From positions 1-64,000 of the forward strand of contig JBHGNT010000082.1 in NCBI GenBank assembly GCA_043228905.1: a stretch of DNA of 64,000 nt, written 5' to 3'. Below are positions 1 through 15,000 of the stretch, piece by piece. The position numbers were made by a program, and so were the translations under genes. This DNA is from Azolla caroliniana. Its lineage: Eukaryota > Plantae > Polypodiophyta. The notes beneath the pieces were generated by a model, which saw only the letters and a program-made list of their open reading frames with translations, was not told where the DNA came from and made no database searches. Position 1 is the first letter of the stretch, and each line of letters begins with the position of its first letter.

Positions 1-3000
1 AGCCTTGTTAGCTTCGATTCGCATGTTTGAACACAGAAATCCGATATTACACGAGCCAGGTGTGACCATTTTAATTTACTCACTCGCTCTTCTCAACTCC
101 CTCCTCCAACATGCTAATTTCCTCATGTCTCTCGACGTGAGTTTCAAAATCTTGATTTTTTAATTCTATATCAAAGCTGGCGTAGTTAGCTTCGATTCGC
201 ATGTTTGAACACAAAAATCCGATATCACACGAACCAGGTATGACCATTTTAATTTACTCACTGGCTCTTCTCTACTCCCTCCTCAAATATGCTAATTTCC
301 TCATGTCTCTCGAACTGAGTTTCAAAATCTCGATTTTTTAATTCTATGTCATAGCTAACCTTGTTAGCTTCGATTCGCATGTTTGAACACAGAAATCCGA
401 TATCACACGAGCCAGGTGTGACCATTTTAATTTACTCACTGGCTCTTCTCAACTCCCTCCTTAAATATGTTAATTTCGTCATGTCTCTCGACCTAAGTTT
501 CAAAATCTTGATTTTTTAATTCTATATCATACCTAGCGTTGTTATCTTCGATTCGCATGTTTGAACACAAATATCCGATATCACACGTGCCAGGTATGAA
601 CATTTTAATTTACTGACGTACTCTTCTCCACTACCTCCTCAAATTTGTTACTTTCCTCATGTCTCTCGGCCTCAGTTTTAAAATTATAATTTGTCAATTC
701 AATATCATAGCTAGCATGGTTAACTTTGATTCGCATGTTTGAACACAAAAATCTGATATCACACGAGCCAGGTATGAACATTTTAATTTACTGACGCACT
801 GTTCTCAACTCCCTCCTCAAATATGTTAATTTCATCATGTCTCTCGACTTGAGTTTCAAAATCTTGATTTTTTAATTCTATATCATAGCTAGCGTTGTTA
901 GCTTCGATTCGCATGTTTGAACACAGAAATCCGATATCACACGTGCCAGGTATGAACATTTAAGTTTACTGACACACTCTTCTCCACTACCTCCAACATG
1001 CTAATTTCCTCATGTCTCTCAACGTGAGTTTCAAAATCTTGATTTTTTAATTCTATAGCAAAGCGAGCGTAGTTAGCTTCGATTCGCATGTTTGAACACA
1101 AAAATCCGATATCACACGAGCCAGGTATGACCATTTTAATTTACTCACTGGCTCTTCTCTACTCCCTCCTCAAATATGCTAATTTCCTCATGTCTCTCGA
1201 ACTGAGTTTCAAAATCTCGATTTTTTAATTCTATGTCATAGCTAGCCTTGTTAGCTTCGATTCGCATGTTTGAACACAGAAATCCGATATCACACGAGCC
1301 AGGTATGACCATTTTAATTTACTCACTGGCTCTTCTCAACTCCTTCCTTAAATATGTTAATTTCGTCATGTCTCTCGACCTGAGTTTCAAAATCTCGATT
1401 TTTTAATTCTATATCATACCTAGCGTTGTTATCTTCGATTCGCATGTTTGAACACAAATATCCGATATCACACGTGCCAGGTATGAACATTTTAATTTAC
1501 TGACGTACTCTTCTCCAATACCTCCTCAAATTTGTTACTTTCCTCATGTCTCTCGGCCTCAGTTTTAAAATTATAATTTGTCAATTCAATATCATAGCTA
1601 GCATGGTTAACTTTGATTCGCATGTTTGAACACAAAAATCTGATATCACACGAGCCAGGTATGAACATTTTAATTTCCTGACGCACTCTTCTCCACTCCC
1701 TCCTCAAATATGTTAATTTCGTCATGTCTCTCGACTTGAGTTTCAAAATCTTGATTTTTTAATTCTATATCATAGCTAGCGTTGTTAGCTTCGATTCGCA
1801 TGTTTGAACACAGAAATCCGATATCACACGTGCCAGGTATGAACATTTAAGTTTACTGACACACTCTTCTCCACTACCTCCAACATGCTAATTTCCTCAT
1901 GTCTCTCAACGTGAGTTTCAAAATCTTGATTTTTTAATTCTATAGCAAAGCTAGCGTAGTTAGCTTCGATTCGCATGTTTGAACACAAAAATCCGATATC
2001 ACACGAGCCAGGTATGACCATTTTAATTTACTCACTGGCTCTTCTCTACTCCCTCCTCAAATATGCTAATTTCCTCATGTCTCTCGAACTGAGTTTCAAA
2101 ATCTCGATTTTTTAATTCTATGTCATAGCTAGCCTTGTTAGCTTCGATTCGCATGTTTGAACACAGAAATCCGATATCACACGAGCCAGGTATGACCATT
2201 TTAATTTACTCACTGGCTCTTCTCAACTCCTTCCTTAAATATGTTAATTTCGTCATGTCTCTCGACCTGAGTTTCAAAATCTCGATTTTTTAATTCTATA
2301 TCATAGCTAGCTTTGTTAGCTTCGGTTCGCATGTTTGAACACAAAAATCCGATATCACACGAGCCAGGTATGATTATTTTAATTTACTCACTCGCTCTTC
2401 TCCACTCCCTCCTCAAATATGCGAATTTCCTCATGTCTCTTGACCTGAGTTTCAAAATCTCGATTTTTTAATTCTATGTCATAGCTAGCCTTGTTAGCTT
2501 CGATTCGCATGTTTGAACACCGAAATCCGATATCACACGAGCCAGGTATGACCATTTTAATTTACTGACGCACTCTTCTCCACTACCTCCTCAAATTTGC
2601 TAATTTCGTCATGTCTCTTGGCCTCAGTTTTAAAATTATGAATTTTCAATTCAATATCATAGCTAGCGTTGTTAGCTTCGATTCGCATGTTTGAACACAG
2701 AAATCCGATATCACACGTGCCAGGTATGAACATTTAAGTTTACTGACACACTCTTCTCCACTACCTCCAACATGCTAATTTCCTCATGTCTCTCAACGTG
2801 AGTTTCAAAATCTCGATTTTTTAATTCTATGTCATAGCTAGCCTTGTTAGCTTCGATTCGCATGTTTGAACACAAAAATCCGATATCACACGAGCCAGGT
2901 ATGACCATTTTAATTTACTCACTCGCTCTTCTCAACTCCCTCCTCAAATATGCTAATTTCCTCATGTCTCTCGAGCTGAGTTTCAAAATCTCGATTTTTT

Positions 3001-6000
3001 AATTCTATATCATACCTAGCGTTGTTATCTTCGATTCGCATATTTGAACACAAATATCCGATATCACACGTGCCAGGTATGAACATTTTAATTTACTGAC
3101 GTACTCTTCTCCACTACCTCCTCAAATTTGTTACTTTCCTCATGTCTCTCGGCCTCAGTTTTAAAATTATAATTTGTCAATTCAATATCATAGCTAGCAT
3201 GGTTAACTTTGATTCGCATGTTTGAACACAAAAATCTGATATCACACGAGCCAGGTATGAACATTTTAATTTCCTGACGCACTCTTCTCCACTCCCTCCT
3301 CAAATGTGTTAATTTCGTCATGTCTCTCGACCTGAGTTTCAAAATCTCGATTTTTTAATTCTATATCATACCTAGCGTTGTTATCTTCGATTCGCATGTT
3401 TGAACACAAATATCCGATATCACACGTGCCAGGTATGAACATTTTAATTTACTGACGTACTCTTCTCCAATACCTCCTCAAATTTGTTACTTTCCTCATG
3501 TCTCTCGGCCTCAGTTTTAAAATTATAATTTGTCAATTCAATATCATAGCTAGCATGGTTAACTTTGATTCGCATGTTTGAACACAAAAATCTGATATCA
3601 CACGAGCCAGGTATGAACATTTTAATTTCCTGACGCACTCTTCTCCACTCCCTCCTCAAATATGTTAATTTCGTCATGTCTCTCGACTTGAGTTTCAAAA
3701 TCTTGATTTTTTAATTCTATATCATAGCTAGCGTTGTTAGCTTCGATTCGCATGTTTGAACACAGAAATCCGATATCACACGTGCCAGGTATGAACATTT
3801 AAGTTTACTGACACACTCTTCTCCACTACCTCCAACATGCTAATTTCCTCATGTCTCTCAACGTGAGTTTCAAAATCTTGATTTTTTAATTCTATAGCAA
3901 AGCTAGCGTAGTTAGCTTCGATTCGCATGTTTGAACACAAAAATCCGATATCACACGAGCCAGGTATGACCATTTTAATTTACTCACTGGCTCTTCTCTA
4001 CTCCCTCCTCAAATATGCTAATTTCCTCATGTCTCTCGAACTGAGTTTCAAAATCTCGATTTTTTAATTCTATGTCATAGCTAGCCTTGTTAGCTTCGAT
4101 TCGCATGTTTGAACACAGAAATCCGATATCACACGAGCCACGTATGACCATTTTAATTTACTGACGCACTCTTCTCCACTACCTCCTCAAATTTGCTAAT
4201 TTCGTCATGTCTCTCGCCCTTAGTTTTAAAATTATGAATTTTCAATTCAATATCATAGCTAGCGTTGTTAACTTCGATTCGCATGTTTGAACACAGAAAT
4301 CCGATATCACACGTGCCAGGTATGAACATTTAAGTTTACTGACACACTCTTCTCCACTACCTCCAACATGCTAATTTCCTCATGTCTCTCAACGTGAGTT
4401 TCAAAATCTTGATTTTTTAATTCTATAGCAAAGCTAGCGTAGTTAGCTTCGATTCGCATGTTTGAACACAAAAATCCGATATCACACGAGCCAGGTATGA
4501 CCATTTTAATTTACTCACTGGCTCTTCTCAACTCCCTCCTCAAATATGTTAATTTTTTCATGTCTCTCGAACTGAGTTTCAAAATCTCTATTTTTTAATT
4601 CTATATCATAGCTAGCCTTGTTAGCTTCGATTCGCAAGTTTGAACACAGAAATCCGATATCACACGAGCCAGGTATGACCATTTTAATTTACTCACACGC
4701 TCTTCTCAACGCCCTCCTCAAATATGCTAATTTCGTCATGTCTCTCGACCTGAGTTTCAAAATCTCGATTTTTTAATTCTATATCATAGCTAGCTTTTTT
4801 AGCTTCGATTCGCATGTTTGAACACAAAAATCCGATATCACACGAGCCAGGTATGACTATTTTAATTTACTCACTGGCTCTTCTCCACTCCCTCCTGAAA
4901 TATGCGAATTTCCTCATGTCTCTGGACCTGAGTTTCAAAATCTCGATTTTTTAATTCTATGTCATAGCTAGCCTTGTTAGCTTCGATTCGCATGTTTGAA
5001 CACAGAAATCCGATATCACACGAGCCACGTATGACCATTTTAATTTACTGACGCACTCTTCTCCACTACCTCCTCAAATTTGCTAATTTCGTCATGTCTC
5101 TCGGGCTCAGTTTTAAAATTTTCAATTTTCAATTCAATATCATAGCTAGCGTTGTTAACTTCGATTCGCATGTTTGAACACAGAAATCCGATATCACACA
5201 AGCCAGGTATGACCATTTTAATTTACTCACTGGCTCTTCTCAACTCCCTCCTCAAATATGTTAATTTTTTCATGTCTCTCGAACTGAGTTTCAAAATCTC
5301 GATTTTTTAATTCTATATCATAGCTAGCCTTGTTAGCTTCGATTCGCATGTTTGAACACAGAAATCCGATATTACACGAGCCAGGTGTGACCATTTTAAT
5401 TTACTCACTCGCTCTTCTCAACTCCCTCCTCCAACATGCTAATTTCCTCATGTCTCTCGACGTGAGTTTCGAAATCTTGATTTTTTAATTCTATATCAAA
5501 GCTGGCGTAGTTAGCTTCGATTCGCATGTTTGAACACAAAAATCCGATATCACACGAACCAGGTACGACCATTTTAATTTACTCACTGGCTCTTCTCTAC
5601 TCCCTCCTCAAATATGCTAATTTCCTCATGTCTCTCGAACTGAGTTTCAAAATCTCGATTTTTTAATTCTATGTCATAGCTAACCTTGTTAGCTTCGATT
5701 CGCATGTTTGAACACAGAAATCCGATATCACACGAGCCAGGTGTGACCATTTTAATTTACTCACTGGCTCTTCTCAACTCCCTCCTTAAATATGTTAATT
5801 TCGTCATGTCTCTCGACCTAAGTTTCAAAATCTTGATTTTTTAATTCTATATCATACCTAGCGTTGTTATCTTCGATTCGCATGTTTGAACACAAATATC
5901 CGATATCACACGTGCCAGGTATGAACATTTTAATTTACTGACGTACTCTTCTCCACTACCTCCTCAAATTTGTTACTTTCCTCATGTCTCTCGGCCTCAG

Positions 6001-9000
6001 TTTTAAAATTATAATTTGTCAATTCAATATCATAGCTAGCATGGTTAACTTTGATTCGCATGTTTGAACACAAAAATCTGATATCACACGAGCCAGGTAT
6101 GAACATTTTAATTTCCTGACGCACTCTTCTCAACTCCCTCCTCAAATATGTTAATTTCATCATGTCTCTCGACTTGAGTTTCAAAATCTTGATTTTTTAA
6201 TTCTATATCATAGCTAGCGTTGTTAGCTTCGATTCGCATGTTTGAACACAGAAATCCGATATCACACGTGCCAGGTATGAACATTTAAGTTTACTGACAC
6301 ACTCTTCTCCACTACCTCCAACATGCTAATTTCCTCATGTCTCTCAACGTGAGTTTCAAAATCTTGATTTTTTAATTCTATAGCAAAGCTAGCGTAGTTA
6401 GCTTCGATTCGCATGTTTGAACACAAAAATCCGATATCACACGAGCCAGGTATGACCATTTTAATTTACTCACTGGCTCTTCTCTACTCCCTCCTCAAAT
6501 ATGCTAATTTCCTCATGTCTCTCGAACTGAGTTTCAAAATCTCGATTTTTTAATTCTATGTCATAGCTAGCCTTGTTAGCTTCGATTCGCATGTTTGAAC
6601 ACAGAAATCCGATATCACACGAGCCAGGTATGACCATTTTAATTTACTCACTGGCTCTTCTCAACTCCTTCCTTAAATATGTTAATTTCGTCATGTCTCT
6701 CGACCTGAGTTTCAAAATCTCGATTTTTTAATTCTATATCATAGCTAGCTTTGTTAGCTTCGGTTCGCATGTTTGAACACAAAAATCCGATATCACACGA
6801 GCCAGGTATGATTATTTTAATTTACTCACTGGCTCTTCTCCACTCCCTCCTCAAATATGCGAATTTCCTCATGTCTCTTGACCTGAGTTTCAAAATCTCG
6901 ATTTTTTAATTCTATGTCATAGCTAGCCTTGTTAGCTTCGATTCGCATGTTTGAACACCGAAATCCGATATCACACGAGCCAGGTATGACCATTTTAATT
7001 TACTGACGCACTCTTCTCCACTACCTCCTCAAATTTGCTAATTTCGTCATGTCTCTTGGCCTCAGTTTTAAAATTATGAATTTTCAATTCAATATCATAG
7101 CTAGCGTTGTTAGCTTCGATTCGCATGTTTGAACACAGAAATCCGATATCACACGTGCCAGGTATGAACATTTAAGTTTACTGACACACTCTTCTCCACT
7201 ACCTCCAACATGCTAATTTCCTCATGTCTCTCAACGTGAGTTTCAAAATCTCGATTTTTTAATTCTATGTCATAGCTAGCCTTGTTAGCTTCGATTCGCA
7301 TGTTTGAACACAAAAATCCGATATCACACGAGCCAGGTATGACCATTTTAATTTACTCACTCGCTCTTCTCAACTCCCTCCTCAAATATGCTAATTTCCT
7401 CATGTCTCTCGAGCTGAGTTTCAAAATCTCGATTTTTTAATTCTATATCATACCTAGCGTTGTTATCTTCGATTCGCATATTTGAACACAAATATCCGAT
7501 ATCACACGTGCCAGGTATGAACATTTTAATTTACTGACGTACTCTTCTCCACTACCTCCTCAAATTTGTTACTTTCCTCATGTCTCTCGGCCTCAGTTTT
7601 AAAATTATAATTTGTCAATTCAATATCATAGCTAGCATGGTTAACTTTGATTCGCATGTTTGAACACAAAAATCTGATATCACACGAGCCAGGTATGAAC
7701 ATTTTAATTTCCTGACGCACTCTTCTCCACTCCCTCCTCAAATGTGTTAATTTCGTCATGTCTCTCGACCTGAGTTTCAAAATCTCGATTTTTTAATTCT
7801 ATATCATACCTAGCGTTGTTATCTTCGATTCGCATGTTTGAACACAAATATCCGATATCACACGTGCCAGGTATGAACATTTTAATTTACTGACGTACTC
7901 TTCTCCACTACCTCCTCAAATTTGTTACTTTCCTCATGTCTCTCGGCCTCAGTTTTAAAATTATAATTTGTCAATTCAATATCATAGCTAGCATGGTTAA
8001 CTTTGATTCGCATGTTTGAACACAAAAATCTGATATCACACGAGCCAGGTATGAACATTTTAATTTCCTGACGCACTCTTCTCCACTCCCTCCTCAAATA
8101 TGTTAATTTCGTCATGTCTCTCGACTTGAGTTTCAAAATCTTGATTTTTTAATTCTATATCATAGCTAGCGTTGTTAGCTTCGATTCGCATGTTTGAACA
8201 CAGAAATCCGATATCACACGTGCCAGGTATGAACATTTAAGTTTACTGACACACTCTTCTCCACTACCTCCAACATGCTAATTTCCTCATGTCTCTCAAC
8301 GTGAGTTTCAAAATCTTGATTTTTTAATTCTATAGCAAAGCTAGCGTAGTTAGCTTCGATTCGCATGTTTGAACACAAAAATCCGATATCACACGAGCCA
8401 GGTATGACCATTTTAATTTACTCACTGGCTCTTCTCTACTCCCTCCTCAAATATGCTAATTTCCTCATGTCTCTCGAACTGAGTTTCAAAATCTCGATTT
8501 TTTAATTCTATGTCATAGCTAGCCTTGTTAGCTTCGATTCGCATGTTTGAACACAGAAATCCGATATCACACGAGCCAGGTATGACCATTTTAATTTACT
8601 CACTGGCTCTTCTCAACTCCTTCCTTAAATATGTTAATTTCGTCATGTCTCTCGACCTGAGTTTCAAAATCTCGATTTTTTAATTCTATATCATACCTAG
8701 CGTTGTTATCTTCGATTCGCATGTTTGAACACAAATATCCGATATCACACGTGCCAGGTATGAACATTTTAATTTACTGACGTACTCTTCTCCAATACCT
8801 CCTCAAATTTGTTACTTTCCTCATGTCTCTCGGCCTCAGTTTTAAAATTATAATTTGTCAATTCAATATCATAGCTAGCATGGTTAACTTTGATTCGCAT
8901 GTTTGAACACAAAAATCTGATATCACACGAGCCAGGTATGAACATTTTAATTTCCTGACGCACTCTTCTCCACTCCCTCCTCAAATATGTTAATTTCGTC

Positions 9001-12000
9001 ATGTCTCTCGACTTGAGTTTCAAAATCTTGATTTTTTAATTCTATATCATAGCTAGCGTTGTTAGCTTCGATTCGCATGTTTGAACACAGAAATCCGATA
9101 TCACACGTGCAAGGTATGAACATTTAAGTTTACTGACACACTCTTCTCCACTACCTCCAACATGCTAATTTCCTCATGTCTCTCAACGTGAGTTTCAAAA
9201 TCTTGATTTTTTAATTCTATAGCAAAGCTAGCGTAGTTAGCTTCGATTCGCATGTTTGAACACAAAAATCCGATATCACACGAGCCAGGTATGACCATTT
9301 TAATTTACTCACTGGCTCTTCTCAACTCCCTCCTCAAATATGTTAATTTTTTCATGTCTCTCGAACTGAGTTTCAAAATCTCTATTTTTTAATTCTATAT
9401 CATAGCTAGCCTTGTTAGCTTCGATTCGCAAGTTTGAACACAGAAATCCGATATCACACGAGCCAGGTATGACCATTTTAATTTACTCACACGCTCTTCT
9501 CAACGCCCTCCTCAAATATGCTAATTTCGTCATGTCTCTCGACCTGAGTTTCAAAATCTCGATTTTTTAATTCTATATCATAGCTAGCTTTTTTAGCTTC
9601 GATTCGCATGTTTGAACACAAAAATCCGATATCACACGAGCCAGGTATGACTATTTTAATTTACTCACTGGCTCTTCTCCACTCCCTCCTGAAATATGCG
9701 AATTTCCTCATGTCTCTGGACCTGAGTTTCAAAATCTCGATTTTTTAATTCTATGTCATAGCTAGCCTTGTTAGCTTCGATTCGCATGTTTGAACACAGA
9801 AATCCGATATCACACGAGCCACGTATGACCATTTTAATTTACTGACGCACTCTTCTCCACTACCTCCTCAAATTTGCTAATTTCGTCATGTCTCTCGGGC
9901 TCAGTTTTAAAATTTTCAATTTTCAATTCAATATCATAGCTAGCGTTGTTAACTTCGATTCGCATGTTTGAACACAGAAATCCGATATCACACAAGCCAG
10001 GTATGACCATTTTAATTTACTCACTGGCTCTTCTCAACTCCCTCCTCAAATATGTTAATTTTTTCATGTCTCTCGAACTGAGTTTCAAAATCTCGATTTT
10101 TTAATTCTATATCATAGCTAGCCTTGTTAGCTTCGATTCGCATGTTTGAACACAGAAATCCGATATTACACGAGCCAGGTGTGACCATTTTAATTTACTC
10201 ACTCGCTCTTCTCAACTCCCTCCTCCAACATGCTAATTTCCTCATGTCTCTCGACGTGAGTTTCAAAATCTTGATTTTTTAATTCTATATCAAAGCTGGC
10301 GTAGTTAGCTTCGATTCGCATGTTTGAACACAAAAATCCGATATCACACGAACCAGGTACGACCATTTTAATTTACTCACTGGCTCTTCTCTACTCCCTC
10401 CTCAAATATGCTAATTTCCTCATGTCTCTCGAACTGAGTTTCAAAATCTCGATTTTTTAATTCTATGTCATAGCTAACCTTGTTAGCTTCGATTCGCATG
10501 TTTGAACACAGAAATCCGATATCACACGAGCCAGGTGTGACCATTTTAATTTACTCACTGGCTCTTCTCAACTCCCTCCTTAAATATGTTAATTTCGTCA
10601 TGTCTCTCGACCTAAGTTTCAAAATCTTGATTTTTTAATTCTATATCATACCTAGCGTTGTTATCTTCGATTCGCATGTTTGAACACAAATATCCGATAT
10701 CACACGTGCCAGGTATGAACATTTTAATTTACTGACGTACTCTTCTCCACTACCTCCTCAAATTTGTTACTTTCCTCATGTCTCTCGGCCTTAGTTTTAA
10801 AATTATAATTTGTCAATTCAATATCATAGCTAGCATGGTTAACTTTGATTCGCATGTTTGAACACAAAAATCTGATATCACACGAGCCAGGTATGAACAT
10901 TTTAATTTCCTGACGCACTCTTCTCAACTCCCTCCTCAAATATGTTAATTTCATCATGTCTCTCGACTTGAGTTTCAAAATCTTGATTTTTTAATTCTAT
11001 ATCATAGCTAGCGTTGTTAGCTTCGATTCGCATGTTTGAACACAGAAATCCGATATCACACGTGCCAGGTATGAACATTTAAGTTTACTGACACACTCTT
11101 CTCCACTACCTCCAACATGCTAATTTCCTCATGTCTCTCAACGTGAGTTTCAAAATCTTGATTTTTTAATTCTATAGCAAAGCTAGCGTAGTTAGCTTCG
11201 ATTCGCATGTTTGAACACAAAAATCCGATATCACACGAGCCAGGTATGACCATTTTAATTTACTCACTGGCTCTTCTCTACTCCCTCCTCAAATATGCTA
11301 ATTTCCTCATGTCTCTCGAACTGAGTTTCAAAATCTCGATTTTTTAATTCTATGTCATAGCTAGCCTTGTTAGCTTCGATTCGCATGTTTGAACACAGAA
11401 ATCCGATATCACACGAGCCAGGTATGACCATTTTAATTTACTCACTGGCTCTTCTCAACTCCTTCCTTAAATATGTTAATTTCGTCATGTCTCTCGACCT
11501 GAGTTTCAAAATCTCGATTTTTTAATTCTATATCATACCTAGCGTTGTTATCTTCGATTCGCATGTTTGAACACAAATATCCGATATCACACGTGCCAGG
11601 TATGAACATTTTAATTTACTGACGTACTCTTCTCCAATACCTCCTCAAATTTGTTACTTTCCTCATGTCTCTCGGCCTCAGTTTTAAAATTATAATTTGT
11701 CAATTCAATATCATAGCTAGCATGGTTAACTTTGATTCGCATGTTTGAACACAAAAATCTGATATCACACGAGCCAGGTATGAACATTTTAATTTCCTGA
11801 CGCACTCTTCTCCACTCCCTCCTCAAATATGTTAATTTCGTCATGTCTCTCGACTTGAGTTTCAAAATCTTGATTTTTTAATTCTATATCATAGCTAGCG
11901 TTGTTAGCTTCGATTCGCATGTTTGAACACAGAAATCCGATATCACACGTGCCAGGTATGAACATTTAAGTTTACTGACACACTCTTCTCCACTACCTCC

Positions 12001-15000
12001 AACATGCTAATTTCCTCATGTCTCTCAACGTGAGTTTCAAAATCTTGATTTTTTAATTCTATAGCAAAGCTAGCGTAGTTAGCTTCGATTCGCATGTTTG
12101 AACACAAAAATCCGATATCACACGAGCCAGGTATGACCATTTTAATTTACTCACTGGCTCTTCTCTACTCCCTCCTCAAATATGCTAATTTCCTCATGTC
12201 TCTCGAACTGAGTTTCAAAATCTCGATTTTTTAATTCTATGTCATAGCTAGCCTTGTTAACTTCGATTCGCATGTTTGAACACAGAAATCCGATATCACA
12301 CGAGCCAGGTATGACCATTTTAATTTACTCACTGGCTCTTCTCCACTCCCTCCTCAAATATGCGAATTTCCTCATGTCTCTTGACCTGAGTTTCAAAATC
12401 TCGATTTTTTAATTCTATGTCATAGCTAGCCTTGTTAGCTTCGATTCGCATGTTTGAACACCGAAATCCGATATCACACGAGCCACGTATGACCATTTTA
12501 ATTTACTGACGCACTCTTCTCCACTACCTCCTCAAATTTGCTAATTTCGTCATGTCTCTTGGCCTCAGTTTTAAAATTATGAATTTTCAATTCAATATCA
12601 TAGCTAGCGTTGTTAGCTTCGATTCGCATGTTTGAACACAGAAATCCGATATCACACGTGCCAGGTATGAACATTTAAGTTTACTGACACACTCTTCTCC
12701 ACTACCTCCAACATGCTAATTTCCTCATGTCTCTCAACGTGAGTTTCAAAATCTTGATTTTTTAATTCTATAGCAAAGCTAGCGTAGTTAGCTTCGATTC
12801 GCATGTTTGAACACAGAAATCCGATATCACACGAGCCAGGTATGAACATTTTAATTTACTCACTGGCTCTTCTCAACTCCCTCCTTAAATATGTTAATTT
12901 CGTCATGTCTCTCGACCTAAGTTTCAAAATCTCGATTTTTTAATTCTATATCATACCTAGCGTTGTTATTTTCGATTCGCATGTTTGAACACAAATATCC
13001 GATATCACACGTGCCAGGTATGAACATTTTAATTTACTGACGTACTCTTCTCCACTACCTCCTCAAATTTGTTACTTTCCTCATGTCTCTCGGCCTCAGT
13101 TTTAAAATTATAATTTGTCAATTCAATATCATAGCTAGCATGGTTAACTTTGATTCGCATGTTTGAACACAAAAATCTGATATCACACGAGCCAGGTATG
13201 AACATTTTAATTTCCTGACGCACTCTTCTCCACTCCCTCCTCAAATGTGTTAATTTCGTCATGTCTCTCGACCTGAGTTTCAAAATCTTGATTTTTTAAT
13301 TCTATATCATAGCTAGCGTTGTTAGCTTCGATTCGCATGTTTGAACACAGAAATCCGATATCACACGTGCCAGGTATGAACATTTAAGTTTACTGAAACA
13401 CTCTTCTCCACTACCTCCAACATGCTAATTTCCTCATGTCTCTCAACGTGAGTTTCAAAATCTTGATTTTTTAATTCTATAGCAAAGCTAGCGTAGTTAG
13501 CTTCGATTCGCATGTTTGAACACAAAAATCCGATATCACACGAGCCAGGTATGACCATTTTAATTTACTCACTGGCTCTTCTCTACTCCCTCCTCAAATA
13601 TGCTAATTTCCTCATGTCTCTCGAACTGAGTTTCAAAATCTCGATTTTTTAATTCTATGTCATAGCTAGCCTTGTTAGCTTCGATTCGCATGTTTGAACA
13701 CAGAAATCCGATATCACACGAGCCAGGTATGACCATTTTAATTTACTCACTGGCTCTTCTCAACTCCTTCCTTAAATATGTTAATTTCGTCATGTCTCTC
13801 GACCTGAGTTTCAAAATCTCGATGTTTTAATTCTATATCATACCTAGCGTTGTTATCTTCGATTCGCATGTTTGAACACAAATATCCGATATCACACGTG
13901 CCAGGTATGAACATTTTAATTTACTGACGTACTCTTCTCCAATACCTCCTCAAATTTGTTACTTTCCTCATGTCTCTCGGCCTCAGTTTTAAAATTATAA
14001 TTTGTCAATTCAATATCATAGCTAGCATGGTTAACTTTGATTCGCATGTTTGAACACAAAAATCTGATATCACACGAGCCAGGTATGAACATTTTAATTT
14101 CCTGACGCACTCTTCTCCACTCCCTCCTCAAATATGTTAATTTCGTCATGTCTCTCGACTTGAGTTTCAAAATCTTGATTTTTTAATTCTATATCATAGC
14201 TAGCGTTGTTAGCTTCGATTCGCATGTTTGAACACAGAAATCCGATATCACACGTGCAAGGTATGAACATTTAAGTTTACTGACACACTCTTCTCCACTA
14301 CCTCCAACATGCTAATTTCCTCATGTCTCTCAACGTGAGTTTCAAAATCTTGATTTTTTAATTCTATAGCAAAGCTAGCGTAGTTAGCTTCGATTCGCAT
14401 GTTTGAACACAAAAATCCGATATCACACGAGCCAGGTATGACCATTTTAATTTACTCACTGGCTCTTCTCAACTCCCTCCTCAAATATGTTAATTTTTTC
14501 ATGTCTCTCGAACTGAGTTTCAAAATCTCTATTTTTTAATTCTATATCATAGCTAGCCTTGTTAGCTTCGATTCGCAAGTTTGAACACAGAAATCCGATA
14601 TCACACGAGCCAGGTATGACCATTTTAATTTACTCACACGCTCTTCTCAACGCCCTCCTCAAATATGCTAATTTCGTCATGTCTCTCGACCTGAGTTTCA
14701 AAATCTCGATTTTTTAATTCTATATCATAGCTAGCTTTTTTAGCTTCGATTCGCATGTTTGAACACAAAAATCCGATATCACACGAGCCAGGTATGACTA
14801 TTTTAATTTACTCACTGGCTCTTCTCCACTCCCTCCTGAAATATGCGAATTTCCTCATGTCTCTGGACCTGAGTTTCAAAATCTCGATTTTTTAATTCTA
14901 TGTCATAGCTAGCCTTGTTAGCTTCGATTCGCATGTTTGAACACAGAAATCCGATATCACACGAGCCACGTATGACCATTTTAATTTACTGACGCACTCT

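Noticed and set aside
1-178. Identity with Arabidopsis CEN178/CEN180 or primate alpha satellite; CENP-B box
   Set aside because: Only the length is similar and I see no sequence resemblance. TTCG is present but not the TTCG....A..CGGG pattern.
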